From an uncultured Clostridia bacterium (GTDB lineage Bacteria; Bacillota; Clostridia; TANB77; CAG-508), in NCBI GenBank assembly GCA_944386685.1, contig CALXCA010000001.1, forward strand, positions 78,105-142,104: DNA of 64,000 nucleotides. The letters run 5' to 3'. This document shows positions 19,380 through 30,021 of this stretch, one piece after another. The notes below the pieces were generated by a model that saw only the letters and a list, made by a program, of their open reading frames with translations, was not told where the DNA came from and did not search any database. A program made the translations under genes and the position numbers. Numbering within the stretch: position 1 is the first letter of the stretch; every line of letters starts with the position of its first letter.

Positions 19380-21512
19380 TTATCTCATTTGTTCTGTATA
19401 AGGAATTGCTGTTAAACTTTCTTCTACAGATGATGTTTCATTCATTCCAAAATATTGGTCTAGCACATCTCTTGCTACTTCTGCAGCATAATTTCCATGT
19501 CCACCATTTTCTACTAATACAACTACTGCCACTTCTGGATTTTCATATGGTGCAAAACATACAAACCATGCATTTACAATATCTTTTTGATTTTCATCAA
19601 CACCTGCTTCTGCAGATCCTGTTTTTCCTGCAACTTCTACTTTAAAATCTTTAAATCTACTATATGCTGTTCCTCCTGCTTCACTTGTTGCCATTCTCAT
19701 TCCTTCTCTTGCAATTTGTATATTTTCTGGATTTATTTGAATTCCATCATCAGTATTATCTATTCCTAGTTTTTGATTTACAAAATTATCAATTTCTTCT
19801 TTTGGTACTTCTGTTCCATCTGCATTTAATATTGTTTTTACAATTGTTGGTTGTACAATTGTTCCTCCATTTGCTATTGAAGATATATATTTAGCAATTT
19901 GTACAGGTGTAAAGCTATTATCACCTTGTCCTATTGATGCATTTAATGTATCTCCTGGTCCCCAACCCTCTTCTCTTTGTGCTAATGTTCCTGTTTGTTC
20001 ACTTGGTAGTTCTATTCCTGTTTTCTTTCCTAATCCAAAGTGTAATGCATATTTAGAAATTGCATCTATTCCTGTTCTATCTCCAGTTTCGTAGAAAAAG
20101 TAGTTACAAGAATGTTGTAATGCTTGTGTTACATTTACATATCCATGTCCTCTGTGATAACTTGTATAATACCAACATTTCATTTCTAGCCCATATTTTC
20201 TATATACTCCTGTATCATTTATTTTTTCTTTTGGTGTAATTGTTCCAGATTCTAGTCCTGAAATTGCTGTTATCATTTTAAATATTGAACCAGGTTCATA
20301 TGTTCCTTGTATTGCTTTGTTTAATAATGGGTGTGTTTTACTATCATTCATGTAATTCCATTTATCTGTTTCTAATTTTCCAACAAACCATTGTGGCTCA
20401 TATGATGGATAACTTGCCATTGCTAATACATCTCCGGTATTTACATCCATAACAACTGCAGATCCTCCTCTTGCATCATATGTTTCTGCAAATCCTCCAG
20501 ATTTTATTTTTTCTACACAATTAGCTAATGCTTCTTCTGTTACTTTTTGTAAATTTGCATCTATTGTTAATACAACATCACTTCCTGCTATTGCATCTTT
20601 TGTTGTATATTCACCTGTAATTGTTCCATCTACAGACATTTCTACTTGTTTTTCTCCACTTGTCCCTTTTAAATATTCTTCAAATACCGCTTCTATACCT
20701 GTTTTCCCTATAATATCATCCATTTCATAGGTATCTTTTCTTTCTTTATATTCATCATCACTTATCGTTCTAGTATATCCTATAACATGTGCAGCAAGTG
20801 TTCCATTATTATATGTTCTAACTGATTTTGTATCTATACTTACTCCAGGAAATTCACTATTCCTTTCATTTATTTGAGCAACAACTACATCATTTACATC
20901 TTCCGCAATAGTTATTGACTTTGTTGCACTATATCCTGTGGTTGCAATTAAATATCTTATTGAAATTATTTTTCTTATATCTTCTACATTATCATTTGTA
21001 ATTTGGTATTTTGATTTAAATTTATTAAAAGCTTCTTCTGCAGTTGCTTCTTGTTCTATTTTATTTTTTTCTTTCCAATTTTCTAGTTCTTCTCCAGAAA
21101 TAGTATATTCAAATGGATTTATTTTTATTGGAAAATCATCTTTATAACTAACTTGTTGTTCATTTAGTAAATTAACTAAATTTAATATGCATTTATTTAA
21201 ATCTTCATCTGAAATATTAGTTTTTATTAGCTCTATATTATTTACAGCCCTAACTCCAGCAAGCTCATTTCCACTTCTATCTAAAATTGAACCTCTAGAT
21301 GAATCTATCTTTATAACTCTTGATAATCTAGTATTTGATTGTTCTCTATAAGATTCTCCATTTACTATTTGCAAATTAAATAATTGAGCAATAAGAATTA
21401 TTCCAATTGCATATACAAGAATTACAATTATATTAAATCTTAAATTAATTTGTTCAACACCAACTTCTCTTTCCCATGTTGTATCTTTATCAAAACTAAC
21501 TCTCTTGTTCAA
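19380..21512 (-). CDS. mrdA: Penicillin-binding protein 2 (elongation transpeptidase)
   Basis: N-terminal TM. Transpeptidase motifs: PGSIFK (SxxK), SCN (SxN) and KTGSAE (KTG). Positioned after mreD. Confidence 0.85.
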   Translation of the reverse strand: MNKRVSFDKDTTWEREVGVEQINLRFNIIVILVYAIGIILIAQLFNLQIVNGESYREQSNTRLSRVIKIDSSRGSILDRSGNELAGVRAVNNIELIKTNISDEDLNKCILNLVNLLNEQQVSYKDDFPIKINPFEYTISGEELENWKEKNKIEQEATAEEAFNKFKSKYQITNDNVEDIRKIISIRYLIATTGYSATKSITIAEDVNDVVVAQINERNSEFPGVSIDTKSVRTYNNGTLAAHVIGYTRTISDDEYKERKDTYEMDDIIGKTGIEAVFEEYLKGTSGEKQVEMSVDGTITGEYTTKDAIAGSDVVLTIDANLQKVTEEALANCVEKIKSGGFAETYDARGGSAVVMDVNTGDVLAMASYPSYEPQWFVGKLETDKWNYMNDSKTHPLLNKAIQGTYEPGSIFKMITAISGLESGTITPKEKINDTGVYRKYGLEMKCWYYTSYHRGHGYVNVTQALQHSCNYFFYETGDRTGIDAISKYALHFGLGKKTGIELPSEQTGTLAQREEGWGPGDTLNASIGQGDNSFTPVQIAKYISSIANGGTIVQPTIVKTILNADGTEVPKEEIDNFVNQKLGIDNTDDGIQINPENIQIAREGMRMATSEAGGTAYSRFKDFKVEVAGKTGSAEAGVDENQKDIVNAWFVCFAPYENPEVAVVVLVENGGHGNYAAEVARDVLDQYFGMNETSSVEESLTAIPYTEQMR

Positions 21513-21567
21513 CTATTCACCCTCTTTCAAATTATAGTTTGTTTTTGTTTTACAATCACAATTTAAA

Positions 21568-22140
21568 TTAAAAATATCTTGTTAAAATCTTATCTCCTTT
21601 TATTTCGCTTTCTACTTCATATCCAAAGTTACGTATTAGTGGATATAGTATAATTATTATAAATATATTATAAATTGTTTCTAATAAAAGTATTTTTATA
21701 AATGCTAATATTTCAACATTCATTTCAAAAACAAATATTTGTAGAGTATATACTGCAATTTCATAAATTATTGTACTTAATGCTCCTACAAAAACAATAA
21801 TTAATCTGTTGTCTTTTGAAAAATTTTTGTCAAAAATTCCTGCTATAATTCCAACAAGTGCTAGGCATACTGATGTTATACCTATAGTTTTTCCAATCCA
21901 TAAATCAATTAAAATTCCATATAAAATCCCATAAATTGTTGCTATACTTCTGCCTGTATATAGTCCTATAAATAATATTAATATAACAAACAAATTAGGT
22001 TTTACTCCTGCAATTGTAAAGTTTGTAAAAAATATAGATTGTAATAGATATATAAAAATAAATGCCAAAATTAGAAACACATGTATTAATAATTTTTTCA
22101 TTTTAAATTTTATTCCTTTCTTATTTCCATTACTAAGCAT
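21568..22140 (-). CDS. mreD: Rod shape-determining protein MreD
   Basis: Polytopic membrane protein directly after mreC. The true start is probably the internal MKKLLIHVF. Confidence 0.7.
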   Translation of the reverse strand: MLSNGNKKGIKFKMKKLLIHVFLILAFIFIYLLQSIFFTNFTIAGVKPNLFVILILFIGLYTGRSIATIYGILYGILIDLWIGKTIGITSVCLALVGIIAGIFDKNFSKDNRLIIVFVGALSTIIYEIAVYTLQIFVFEMNVEILAFIKILLLETIYNIFIIIILYPLIRNFGYEVESEIKGDKILTRYF

Positions 22141-22220
22141 ATATTACTATTAAAGTATTTTTTAATAAAATTTTATTTAAATAGTATTATTGTTTTATAA
22201 TTAATTCTTATAATTATTTT

Positions 22221-23036
22221 TTATTGTACTATTACAAGAACTGTTTCTAATTTATCAAAATCTACTGCTGTTTCTATAATTGCATATGAATCTATTTTAT
22301 TAGTTCCATCAGATACACTTTTTATTCTTCCTACATATATTCCTTTGGTATATATTCCTCCCATACCAGAAGTTTCTACACTATCTCCTTGAATTACATT
22401 TGCATCTATACTTAAGTTTGTTGCTTTTAATGTTGATTCGTTTTCTATTGTTCCTTTACATATCATATTTTCTCTTGTTGTACTTGTTAAACAACTTGTA
22501 GAACTAGCACTATCTACTATTGTTTGTATTTTGGCTGTTGTAGGTGTTGTAGAAACAACATATCCTACTAGACCCTCTTCTGCTATTACTGTCATATTTT
22601 CTTTTATACCATTATCAGACCCTATATTTATTAATAGTGTTTTAGAATAATTACTTATATCTCTTGAAATTATTGTTCCTGGTATAGTTGTATATTCTGT
22701 ATATTTTTCTGCCAAATTTAATTGTTGCTTTAATTGTTCATTTTCTGTTTTCATTACTTCAAATTCTCTTAAACTTTTTTCTAATTCACTATTTTGTTGC
22801 TTTAATTGTTCATTTTCTGCTTTTAAAGTCTCAATATTTTCAAAAAATTTATCATTATTATTTATTTTGTTTTTTAAATATGTTAAACCATTTTGAATAG
22901 GCACAACTACAACATTTGCAATGTTTTCAATTATAGAAGTGTTTTCTGTACTTTTATTTGTAAAAATAACAAGTAATACTAATATTATTATTGTTATTAT
23001 TACTCCTATTGCACCAACATTCTTGTTTTTTTCCAT
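22221..23036 (-). CDS. mreC: Rod shape-determining protein MreC
   Basis: N-terminal TM, a coiled coil (ENEQLKQQ twice), and a C-terminal beta domain GLVGYV...GGIYTKGIYVGRI. Confidence 0.85.
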   Translation of the reverse strand: MEKNKNVGAIGVIITIIILVLLVIFTNKSTENTSIIENIANVVVVPIQNGLTYLKNKINNNDKFFENIETLKAENEQLKQQNSELEKSLREFEVMKTENEQLKQQLNLAEKYTEYTTIPGTIISRDISNYSKTLLINIGSDNGIKENMTVIAEEGLVGYVVSTTPTTAKIQTIVDSASSTSCLTSTTRENMICKGTIENESTLKATNLSIDANVIQGDSVETSGMGGIYTKGIYVGRIKSVSDGTNKIDSYAIIETAVDFDKLETVLVIVQ

Positions 23037-23104
23037 ACTAAATAATCATTCCTCTCTCAAGGCATAAATAGGCTGTAAAAAACTTTTTCCAACCTTTTTC
23101 CTCT

Positions 23105-24142
23105 TTATCTTTTTCTAGCATTTTTTAAAACTGTTCTTAATTTTTCTATTTCTTGTAATGTTTTACCTGTTCCTCTAACAACACAATCTAGAGGATCTTC
23201 CGCAACATATGCGGGCATTCCAGTTTCTAAACTTATTAATTTATCTAAATTTTGTATTAATGCTCCTCCACCAGATAATACAATTCCTTTTTCCATTATG
23301 TCAGAAGCTAATTCTGGTGGTGTTTTTTCTAAACTTATTTTTATAACTTCAACAATTTGTGCAATTGATTCTTTTATTGCTACTTCCACTTGGCTAGATG
23401 TTATTACATCTGTTCTTGGTAAGCCTGTAGAAATATCTCTCCCCTTTATTTCCATAGTCATTTGAGTCATTAATGGCATTGCACATCCTAATTCTTTTTT
23501 TATTTGTTCTGCCGTTATTTCCCCAATTATCATATTCATTTCTTTTTTTACGTAATTAATAATATCTTCGTCTAATTCATCTCCGGCAATTCTTATAGAA
23601 TTACTTAATACTGTGCCTCCCAAAGATATAACTGCAACTTCTGTTGTTCCTCCGCCAATATCTACAATAATATTACCACTTGGTTCTTCTATTTGTATTC
23701 CTGCCCCAATTGCTGCAGCCATAGGCTCTTCTATTAAATATACTTCTCTTGCTCCAGCATGTATAATAGTTTCTTCTACTGCTCTTTCTTCTACCTCCGT
23801 AATTCCAGATGGAACACCTACAATAACTCTAGGTCTTATTGCATTATATTTTTTACATACTTTCTCCATTATATTTTTTAATAATAATTTTGTAGCAGTA
23901 AAATCTGCTATTACTCCATCTTTTATTGGTCTTATTGCACTAATTTCTTTTGGAGTTCTGCCTAACATCTCTTTAGCTTCAGTTCCTACGGCAATAACTG
24001 CTCCTGTTTTATTATCTATTGCTATAACTGATGGTTCTCTAAATACAATACCTTTTCCTTTAATTGTAACTAATATATTTGCAGTGCCTAAGTCTATCCC
24101 TATATCTTTAGAGTTAAATGATAATAAACTCATTTTAAACAT
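23105..24142 (-). CDS. mreB: Rod shape-determining actin homologue MreB
   Basis: KDIGIDLGTANILV, IIVDIGGGTTEVAVISLGG and VLSGGGALIQNLDKLIS motifs. Confidence 0.95.
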   Translation of the reverse strand: MFKMSLLSFNSKDIGIDLGTANILVTIKGKGIVFREPSVIAIDNKTGAVIAVGTEAKEMLGRTPKEISAIRPIKDGVIADFTATKLLLKNIMEKVCKKYNAIRPRVIVGVPSGITEVEERAVEETIIHAGAREVYLIEEPMAAAIGAGIQIEEPSGNIIVDIGGGTTEVAVISLGGTVLSNSIRIAGDELDEDIINYVKKEMNMIIGEITAEQIKKELGCAMPLMTQMTMEIKGRDISTGLPRTDVITSSQVEVAIKESIAQIVEVIKISLEKTPPELASDIMEKGIVLSGGGALIQNLDKLISLETGMPAYVAEDPLDCVVRGTGKTLQEIEKLRTVLKNARKR

Positions 24143-24845
24143 TCCTTCCTAGTTCCTCTATTTTCGCAAAAATACTTATATAATTATAATTTCCAATTAT
24201 TATATGGTCTAAAAATTGTAATTCAAGTATTTTAGATGCTTGAATTATTCTTTTAGTAAATTCTATATCACTTTTACTTGGCATTGTGTCTCCAGATGGG
24301 TGATTATGAATTAATATAAATTTTAAAGCTTGTGTTTTTAAAATTTCGTGAAATATAATTTGTATATTTGCATTTACAAAATTTTTTGCACCTTTTGCAA
24401 TGTCTTTGATTTTAAGTAATTTGTTTTTATTATCTAATATTGCAACTTTTAATATCTCTTGTGTTTCATATCTCATTTCTTCAAATAATAAGTCTCCAAT
24501 ATCTTGTGTTTTTAAAATTCTTGTTCCTATGAGTTTGTCTGTTCCGTTCATTCTAGAAGCTAGTTCACATATTGCCTTAATTTGTATTGCTTTTACTTTT
24601 CCTATTCCTTTTATTTTGGTTAATTCTTCTATTGTTATTTCTCTTAAAAAACTTAAATTATTTTTATCTTTCTTATCACTTAATGTTAATATTCTTTGAG
24701 CTAATTGTATTGATGATTCTTCTTTTGTCCCACTTTTTATTATAATTGCTAATAGTTCTGCATTTGTTAATGTTTTTTCTCCATTTTGTTCTAATTTTTC
24801 GTATGGTCTTTCTGTAATTGGTAAATGTTTCATTTTAATTGACAT
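24135..24845 (-). CDS. radC: RadC/JAMM-family protein
   Basis: HhH region (GIGKVKAIQIKA) and JAMM motif HNHPSGDTMPSKSD. Overlaps the mreB start by 8 nt. Confidence 0.9.
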   Translation of the reverse strand: MSIKMKHLPITERPYEKLEQNGEKTLTNAELLAIIIKSGTKEESSIQLAQRILTLSDKKDKNNLSFLREITIEELTKIKGIGKVKAIQIKAICELASRMNGTDKLIGTRILKTQDIGDLLFEEMRYETQEILKVAILDNKNKLLKIKDIAKGAKNFVNANIQIIFHEILKTQALKFILIHNHPSGDTMPSKSDIEFTKRIIQASKILELQFLDHIIIGNYNYISIFAKIEELGRNV

Positions 24846-25108
24846 ATTAAATATAATTCCTTTCCTTTTTATTCCTCATTTTTATGTCAATTATTTTTTA
24901 TGTTCCTTACGGATTTCCCCAATTATTGTGTTTATATTATACATTGCTTTTGTGTTTTTTTCAAGTATTATTATATAATAAAATATTAATTATCACTTAA
25001 AATTATAATTTATTACTTAACTGGGAATAATTTCACTTTCTAATAAATATATTTTTATTGTATAATAAATATATATCTATTTATCTATAAGAAAGGATTT
25101 TGCTACTG

Positions 25109-25618
25109 ATGAGATTAAAAAAAATTACTAATAATAAAATAAAAATTTATTTTACTTTTGAAGATATGAATTCTTGCCATATATCTAAAGATTTATTGTT
25201 TTCTGATAATTATATAGCACAAAATTTATTGCAACTTTTTTTGGAGAAAGCTGAAAAAGAATTAAATTTTACAGTAGATGAGGAAAATTTACTTGTTGAA
25301 GTTATAAGTTTAAATAATGGTTTTGTATTTACAATTACTCGTATAATCTCTGATTCTAATTTTGATAGTAATACATATGTTTTTTATAAATTTGAAAATT
25401 TTAATAATTTTATAGCTTTTTGTACATATATAAAAAATATGAATTGGTCGGTTTTCCAAAATTTCCAATTATATATTTATAATGATTCTTTTTATTTAGT
25501 AACAGATTATAATTTATCTAAAGAATTCCATATGGTATTAAGCGAATTTGGTGTAAGATATAAGTATTCTCAACGGTTTTTATGGATTTTTAAACGAATA
25601 TGGAAAAATGCTTTTTAA
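25109..25618 (+). CDS. MecA-like adaptor protein (short form)
   Basis: MRLKKITNNKIKIYFTFEDM...LLVEVISLNNGFVFTIT resembles the MecA N-terminal pattern. GAAAGGA lies 11 nt upstream of ATG 25109 (the track ORF starts at TTG 25100). Confidence 0.5.
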   Translation: MRLKKITNNKIKIYFTFEDMNSCHISKDLLFSDNYIAQNLLQLFLEKAEKELNFTVDEENLLVEVISLNNGFVFTITRIISDSNFDSNTYVFYKFENFNNFIAFCTYIKNMNWSVFQNFQLYIYNDSFYLVTDYNLSKEFHMVLSEFGVRYKYSQRFLWIFKRIWKNAF

Positions 25619-25657
25619 TACTGATGCTATTAATAATTGTATAAATTTATTTTTAAC

Positions 25658-25762
25658 ATAGGAAACAATATAAAACTTTAAGTTACTTAGCCTCAAAGTG
25701 AAAATATAATTTTAAATATAAAAATTTTATTTTCAAAAGAAAAATTGATTTTTCCTATTCAA
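25658..25762. repeat. Intergenic nested-palindrome element, copy A
   Basis: ataggaaacaatat...gaaaata(t)aattttaaatataaaaattttattttcaaaagaaa...tttcctattcaa. Matches 58396..58483. Lies between convergent genes. Confidence 0.7.
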
Positions 25763-25802
25763 AAAAAGATTTCCTATATTTAAATTATATAGAAAATCTT
25801 TT
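25761..25802 (-). terminator. Rho-independent terminator of the M23 peptidase gene
   Basis: 16-bp stem AAAAGATTTTCTATAT/ATATAGGAAATCTTTT (one G.U on the minus RNA), then a T-run. Confidence 0.7.
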
Positions 25803-25810
25803 TTATTTTT

Positions 25811-26809
25811 TTAATATAAATAGTTTTGTGGGTTATATGCAACTCCATTTACTCTAATTTCTAAATGCAAATGATTTCCTGTACTATTTCCTGTTGAACC
25901 AACAGCAGCAATTACTTCTCCTTGTTTTATTTGTTGACCAACTGTTGCATATAATTTATTGCAATGTCCATAATATGTTTCTACACCATTTCCGTGAGAA
26001 ATTACTATAAGTTTTCCATATGAACCTTTTGTTCCAGAAAATGTAACTGTTCCTGATGCTGCTGCTTTTATAGGTGTATTTCTTGGTGCTGCAATATCTA
26101 ATCCTGTATGTAAATTTGACCTTATTCTACTATCTGCTGCAAATCTAGATGTTATTACTCCTGATATTGGCTTTATTAAATCTATTCCTAATGGGACTTT
26201 TTTATATGATATATTAAATGATGTATTAACTTTTCCAGAACTTGCAGTTACTACTTGCTTTTTAGGTTCTTCTACTTTTTTAACATATAAATTTGCTACT
26301 ACTGTATCTACTTCTGTAAATTCTTTTAACTCTACATCGTAAATTTCTGTAATTGTTATTTGGTCTATATTTGTACTTTCTTTTTCTTTTAGTTTATTTA
26401 CTACTTCTTCTGCTTTTGCAAAGTCTGCTACATATGCCTTTTCTTCTTCTCCTAATAATATAGCATAATATTTATAGTATTTTACTCCTGATTGTTTTAC
26501 TTTTTCTAGTATTTCGTCATCATTTGTGACAACATTTCTTTTTAGCAAACATAACTTATACTCTGGTAAAGCTTCTATTTGCACAAATGCTAAATTTGCA
26601 TCTCCATCCCCATTTTCCATATAATCATTTATATTTTTTTGTAATTTAGTTTTATTTTTACTATATCCTACTTGTTCACCATTTATTGAAACAGTATATA
26701 TAGGTTTAAAAAATAAAACTACTGCACATATTATTAATAATATAGATATAAATAGCAAAATTGTAAGTTTCATAGATTTTCTTGCAAATACTAATATATT
26801 TTTTACCAT
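25811..26809 (-). CDS. Membrane-anchored M23/LytM-family metallopeptidase
   Basis: N-terminal TM. HTGLDIAAP ... GSYGKLIVISHGNGVETYYGH ... GNSTGNHLHLEIRVNG (HxxxD and HxH zinc motifs intact). Confidence 0.85.
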   Translation of the reverse strand: MVKNILVFARKSMKLTILLFISILLIICAVVLFFKPIYTVSINGEQVGYSKNKTKLQKNINDYMENGDGDANLAFVQIEALPEYKLCLLKRNVVTNDDEILEKVKQSGVKYYKYYAILLGEEEKAYVADFAKAEEVVNKLKEKESTNIDQITITEIYDVELKEFTEVDTVVANLYVKKVEEPKKQVVTASSGKVNTSFNISYKKVPLGIDLIKPISGVITSRFAADSRIRSNLHTGLDIAAPRNTPIKAAASGTVTFSGTKGSYGKLIVISHGNGVETYYGHCNKLYATVGQQIKQGEVIAAVGSTGNSTGNHLHLEIRVNGVAYNPQNYLY

Positions 26810-26961
26810 TAATTTTTTCTCCTGTTCATTTTTTTACATTTGATTGTATTTTATACTAATTTTTATATTTTTTTCAATTTATTATTTTTGCTATTTTATA
26901 CTTTGTACTTTTTATTTTCTCTTTTTTATTCTATTTTTCTTTTGTTTTCTCTTTTTTCTAT

Positions 26962-27213
26962 TTATAGTATTTGTTTTTTTATTGTTTCTATTTCTCCTAT
27001 TTCTGCTTTTTCGTTTGTTACTATATATCCTTTTAGTTTTGCTATTTTTACTAATTCATATAGCATACTTTCATTATTATTTCTTATTTGTTGAACTATT
27101 TGTCTTATTCCTATATTTTCCGCTTCACATATTGTATTTTCATACATATTTATATCAGATTTTAAATTTAAAATTAAATCATTAATCATTATTTTTTCTT
27201 CCATATCTTCCAT
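26962..27213 (-). CDS. CotF-like spore coat protein (small)
   Basis: INDLILNLKSDINMYENTICEAENIGIRQIVQQIRNNNESMLYELVKIAKLKGY fits the Coat F helix pattern. Confidence 0.5.
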   Translation of the reverse strand: MEDMEEKIMINDLILNLKSDINMYENTICEAENIGIRQIVQQIRNNNESMLYELVKIAKLKGYIVTNEKAEIGEIETIKKQIL

Positions 27214-27395
27214 TTTAATAAAAACTTTTTTGAGTCTTTTAAATTTTTTATAAATTATAAAAAGGCTCTAATTATACATTTTTATTATTTCCTTTATAAT
27301 ATATTTAGATTTTTAAACAAGGATATATCTATAAACCTATTTGTTTGCATAATTTTTTTAAATATATTATTAATACTAAAGTATTTATTCATATT

Positions 27396-27584
27396 CTAAC
27401 TATTTAAAAAACTAATAAATTGTTGTTTTGCATTTAATGAATCTTGTGCTATATTATTTAATAATTGTTGAATCTGCACGTCTTTTATTTGTGTTAAATA
27501 AAAATTAACTTTTTGATATTTATTTTCATTTTCTAAAACAATTTGCTTTATTTGTTGTAACTCAACTTTTGTTAAATCTGTCAT
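27396..27584 (-). CDS. Small helical protein, possible partner of the coat-F-like protein
   Basis: 62-aa ORF in the same orientation. Helical, with QQLLNNIAQDSLNAKQQF. No firm family. Confidence 0.35.
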   Translation of the reverse strand: MTDLTKVELQQIKQIVLENENKYQKVNFYLTQIKDVQIQQLLNNIAQDSLNAKQQFISFLNS

Positions 27585-27650
27585 AAAAAAATATTCCTTT
27601 CTAAATTTTATATTATTTTTGTGTGCATCCGTTTGAGCGAAGCTCTTTTC

Positions 27651-27682
27651 TTGAATAGAAAAAAGCGATTTTTCCTATTCAA
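27651..27682. repeat. Intergenic element, collapsed copy C (terminal inverted repeats only), likely the pcrA terminator
   Basis: ttgaatagaaaaaagcgatttttcctattcaa has the same TTGAATAGGAAA/TTTCCTATTCAA arms as copies A and B. It lies 90 nt downstream of the pcrA stop. Confidence 0.6.
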
Positions 27683-27771
27683 TAAAAAAGAAGTTGAAAA
27701 AACATTATTAATTCAAAAATTTTTTAATCTTTTTCCAACTTCTTTTTTTATTATTCTCAAATTTTATTCTT

Positions 27772-30021
27772 TTATTCTAAAATTTCTAAATTCGCAAATT
27801 TTGCCATTAATCTTTTATGTCCAAATTTGTTAAAATTAATGTCTACTTTTAAGTCATCACCTTCTGGTTCAACATAATTAATAATGCCCTCTCCAAATTT
27901 TTTATGATATACTTTTGTTCCTGTTTTATATTCAGAAAAGTTTACAACTTGTTTTTCTGGCTTTTTATTTAGACTATTTAAAAAGCTTTCTGCTGTTCTA
28001 AATGCAAAATTATTATTTTTGCTTCCATAACTCCAGGTATAATTGCTTTCTTTAAATTCTTCACTTTCTTTATTGTTTTTCTTTCCAATAGCTTCTTCAT
28101 AGCCATCTAACATGGTTTCTGGAATTTCTGTTAAAAATCTTGATGGTGGATTATATGTTGTAGAACCATATGTTGTACGTTGTTTACTTCTTGTTAAAAA
28201 TAGTCTTTCTTTTGCTCTTGTTATACCTACATAGCATAAACGTCTTTCTTCTTCTATTTCTTTGTCTTCTCCTATAGCTCTATATCCTGGGAATACTCCT
28301 TCTTCCATTCCTACTAAAAATACTACAGGAAATTCTAGTCCTTTTGCACTATGTAATGTCATTAATGTAATAGAATCTTCTGTTTCTTCCATATTATCTA
28401 AATCACTTGATAATGTTATTCCCTCTAAAAATTCACTTAGTGTATTTTCTGCATTTTCTTTTTCAAATTCTATTGCTACATTTAAAAATTCTTCTAAGTT
28501 TGCTATTCTATTTTTAGATTCTTCTGTATCTTCAACTTCTAATGCTTTTAAATATCCTGTATTTTCTAATACTTTTTCGATTAATTTTGATAATTTTAAA
28601 TTATCTTTTTGTTTGAAGAATTCTTCCATGCAGTTTATAAATTCTCTTGAATTTGAATATACTCTATTTAGTCCGTAAGTTTGAGCATTTTTTATTATTT
28701 CATACATAGATGTGTTATTTTGTCCTGCTAGTTGCTCTATTGCCTCTATACTTGTTCTTCCTATTCCTCTTTTTGGTTCATTAATTATTCTATTAAAACT
28801 TAAATTATCTGATGGATTTTGTATTAATCTTAAATAAGATATAATATCTTTTATTTCTTTTCTTTCATAGAATTTTAATCCTCCAACAATTTTATATGGT
28901 ACCATTTCTCTTCTTAAAATATCTTCTATTGCTCTTGATTGGGTGTTCATTCTATATAATACAGCAAAGTCTGAATATTTATATTTTTCTTGTCTTCTTA
29001 AATGTTCTATTTGTTCAACTATATATCTTCCTTCATCATATTCATTATCTGAACAATATATTTTTGGTAATTCTCCTTTTTCATTTTCTGTCCATAACTT
29101 TTTTTCATATTTTACTTCATTATTTTTTATTATTTCATTTGCTACATTTAATATATTTCCTGTGCATCTGTAATTTTGCTCTAATTTAATAATTTTTGTT
29201 CCAGGAAAGTCTTTTTCAAAATTTAATATATTTGTTATATCAGCTCCTCTAAAACTATAAATTCCTTGATCGTTATCGCCAACCGCTGTAATGTTTCCAT
29301 ATTTTGAAGCTAACATTGTAACTAGTGTAAATTGAGATTTGTTTGTATCTTGATATTCATCAACCAAAATATATTGGAATTTATTTGTATAATATTCTAA
29401 TACATCTACATTTTCTTGTAATATCTTTATTGTATAATTAATTATATCATCAAAATCTATTGCATTATTTTCTCTTAATTTTTGTTGATATAAATCAAAT
29501 ACTTTTGATATTGTTTCTCTTCTAAAGTCTCCTTTTACTTTTGCTTTATATTGGTCTGGTTCTAGCATATCATTTTTTGCATTACTAATCTCATATAAAC
29601 ATGATTTTTCATTTAAGACTTTTTCATCTATATTTAGTTCTTTTAAACATCTTTTTACTAAATTTTTTTGGTCTGTCGTGTCAAAAATTATAAATGATGA
29701 ATCAAATCCAATTCTGTCTATAAATTTTCTTAAAATTCTTACACATATTGAATGAAATGTTCCCATCCATATATCTTTAGCAGAATCTCCTACTAGGTTT
29801 GCTATTCTTTCTTTCATTTCATTTGCTGCTTTATTTGTAAATGTAATAGCTAATATATTCCATGGTAATACATTTTTAGATTTTATTAAATATGCTATTT
29901 TGTATGTTAATACTTTTGTTTTCCCGCTTCCTGCTCCTGCTATTACTAAACATGGTCCTTCTGTATTTATAACTGCTTCGTATTGTTTATTATTTAATCC
30001 TTTAAGTATTTCTTCTTCCAT
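27772..30021 (-). CDS. pcrA: ATP-dependent DNA helicase PcrA (UvrD family)
   Basis: AGAGSGKTKVLT (Walker A), VDEYQDTN, TLHSAKGLEF, CYVGITRAKE. Confidence 0.95.
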   Translation of the reverse strand: MEEEILKGLNNKQYEAVINTEGPCLVIAGAGSGKTKVLTYKIAYLIKSKNVLPWNILAITFTNKAANEMKERIANLVGDSAKDIWMGTFHSICVRILRKFIDRIGFDSSFIIFDTTDQKNLVKRCLKELNIDEKVLNEKSCLYEISNAKNDMLEPDQYKAKVKGDFRRETISKVFDLYQQKLRENNAIDFDDIINYTIKILQENVDVLEYYTNKFQYILVDEYQDTNKSQFTLVTMLASKYGNITAVGDNDQGIYSFRGADITNILNFEKDFPGTKIIKLEQNYRCTGNILNVANEIIKNNEVKYEKKLWTENEKGELPKIYCSDNEYDEGRYIVEQIEHLRRQEKYKYSDFAVLYRMNTQSRAIEDILRREMVPYKIVGGLKFYERKEIKDIISYLRLIQNPSDNLSFNRIINEPKRGIGRTSIEAIEQLAGQNNTSMYEIIKNAQTYGLNRVYSNSREFINCMEEFFKQKDNLKLSKLIEKVLENTGYLKALEVEDTEESKNRIANLEEFLNVAIEFEKENAENTLSEFLEGITLSSDLDNMEETEDSITLMTLHSAKGLEFPVVFLVGMEEGVFPGYRAIGEDKEIEEERRLCYVGITRAKERLFLTRSKQRTTYGSTTYNPPSRFLTEIPETMLDGYEEAIGKKNNKESEEFKESNYTWSYGSKNNNFAFRTAESFLNSLNKKPEKQVVNFSEYKTGTKVYHKKFGEGIINYVEPEGDDLKVDINFNKFGHKRLMAKFANLEILE

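Noticed and set aside
23613-24152. 179-aa plus-strand ORF antisense to mreB, and similar antisense ORFs in pcrA, the T4CP gene, murF, spmA/B, rsmI and murA.
   Set aside because: Each is fully embedded opposite a highly conserved gene and has a low-complexity translation with no RBS.
26840-27185. Plus-strand ORFs 26840..27094 and 26844..27185.
   Set aside because: These are Phe/Leu-rich translations of the T-rich intergenic region and of the antisense strand of the CotF-like gene. They are not credible coding sequence.
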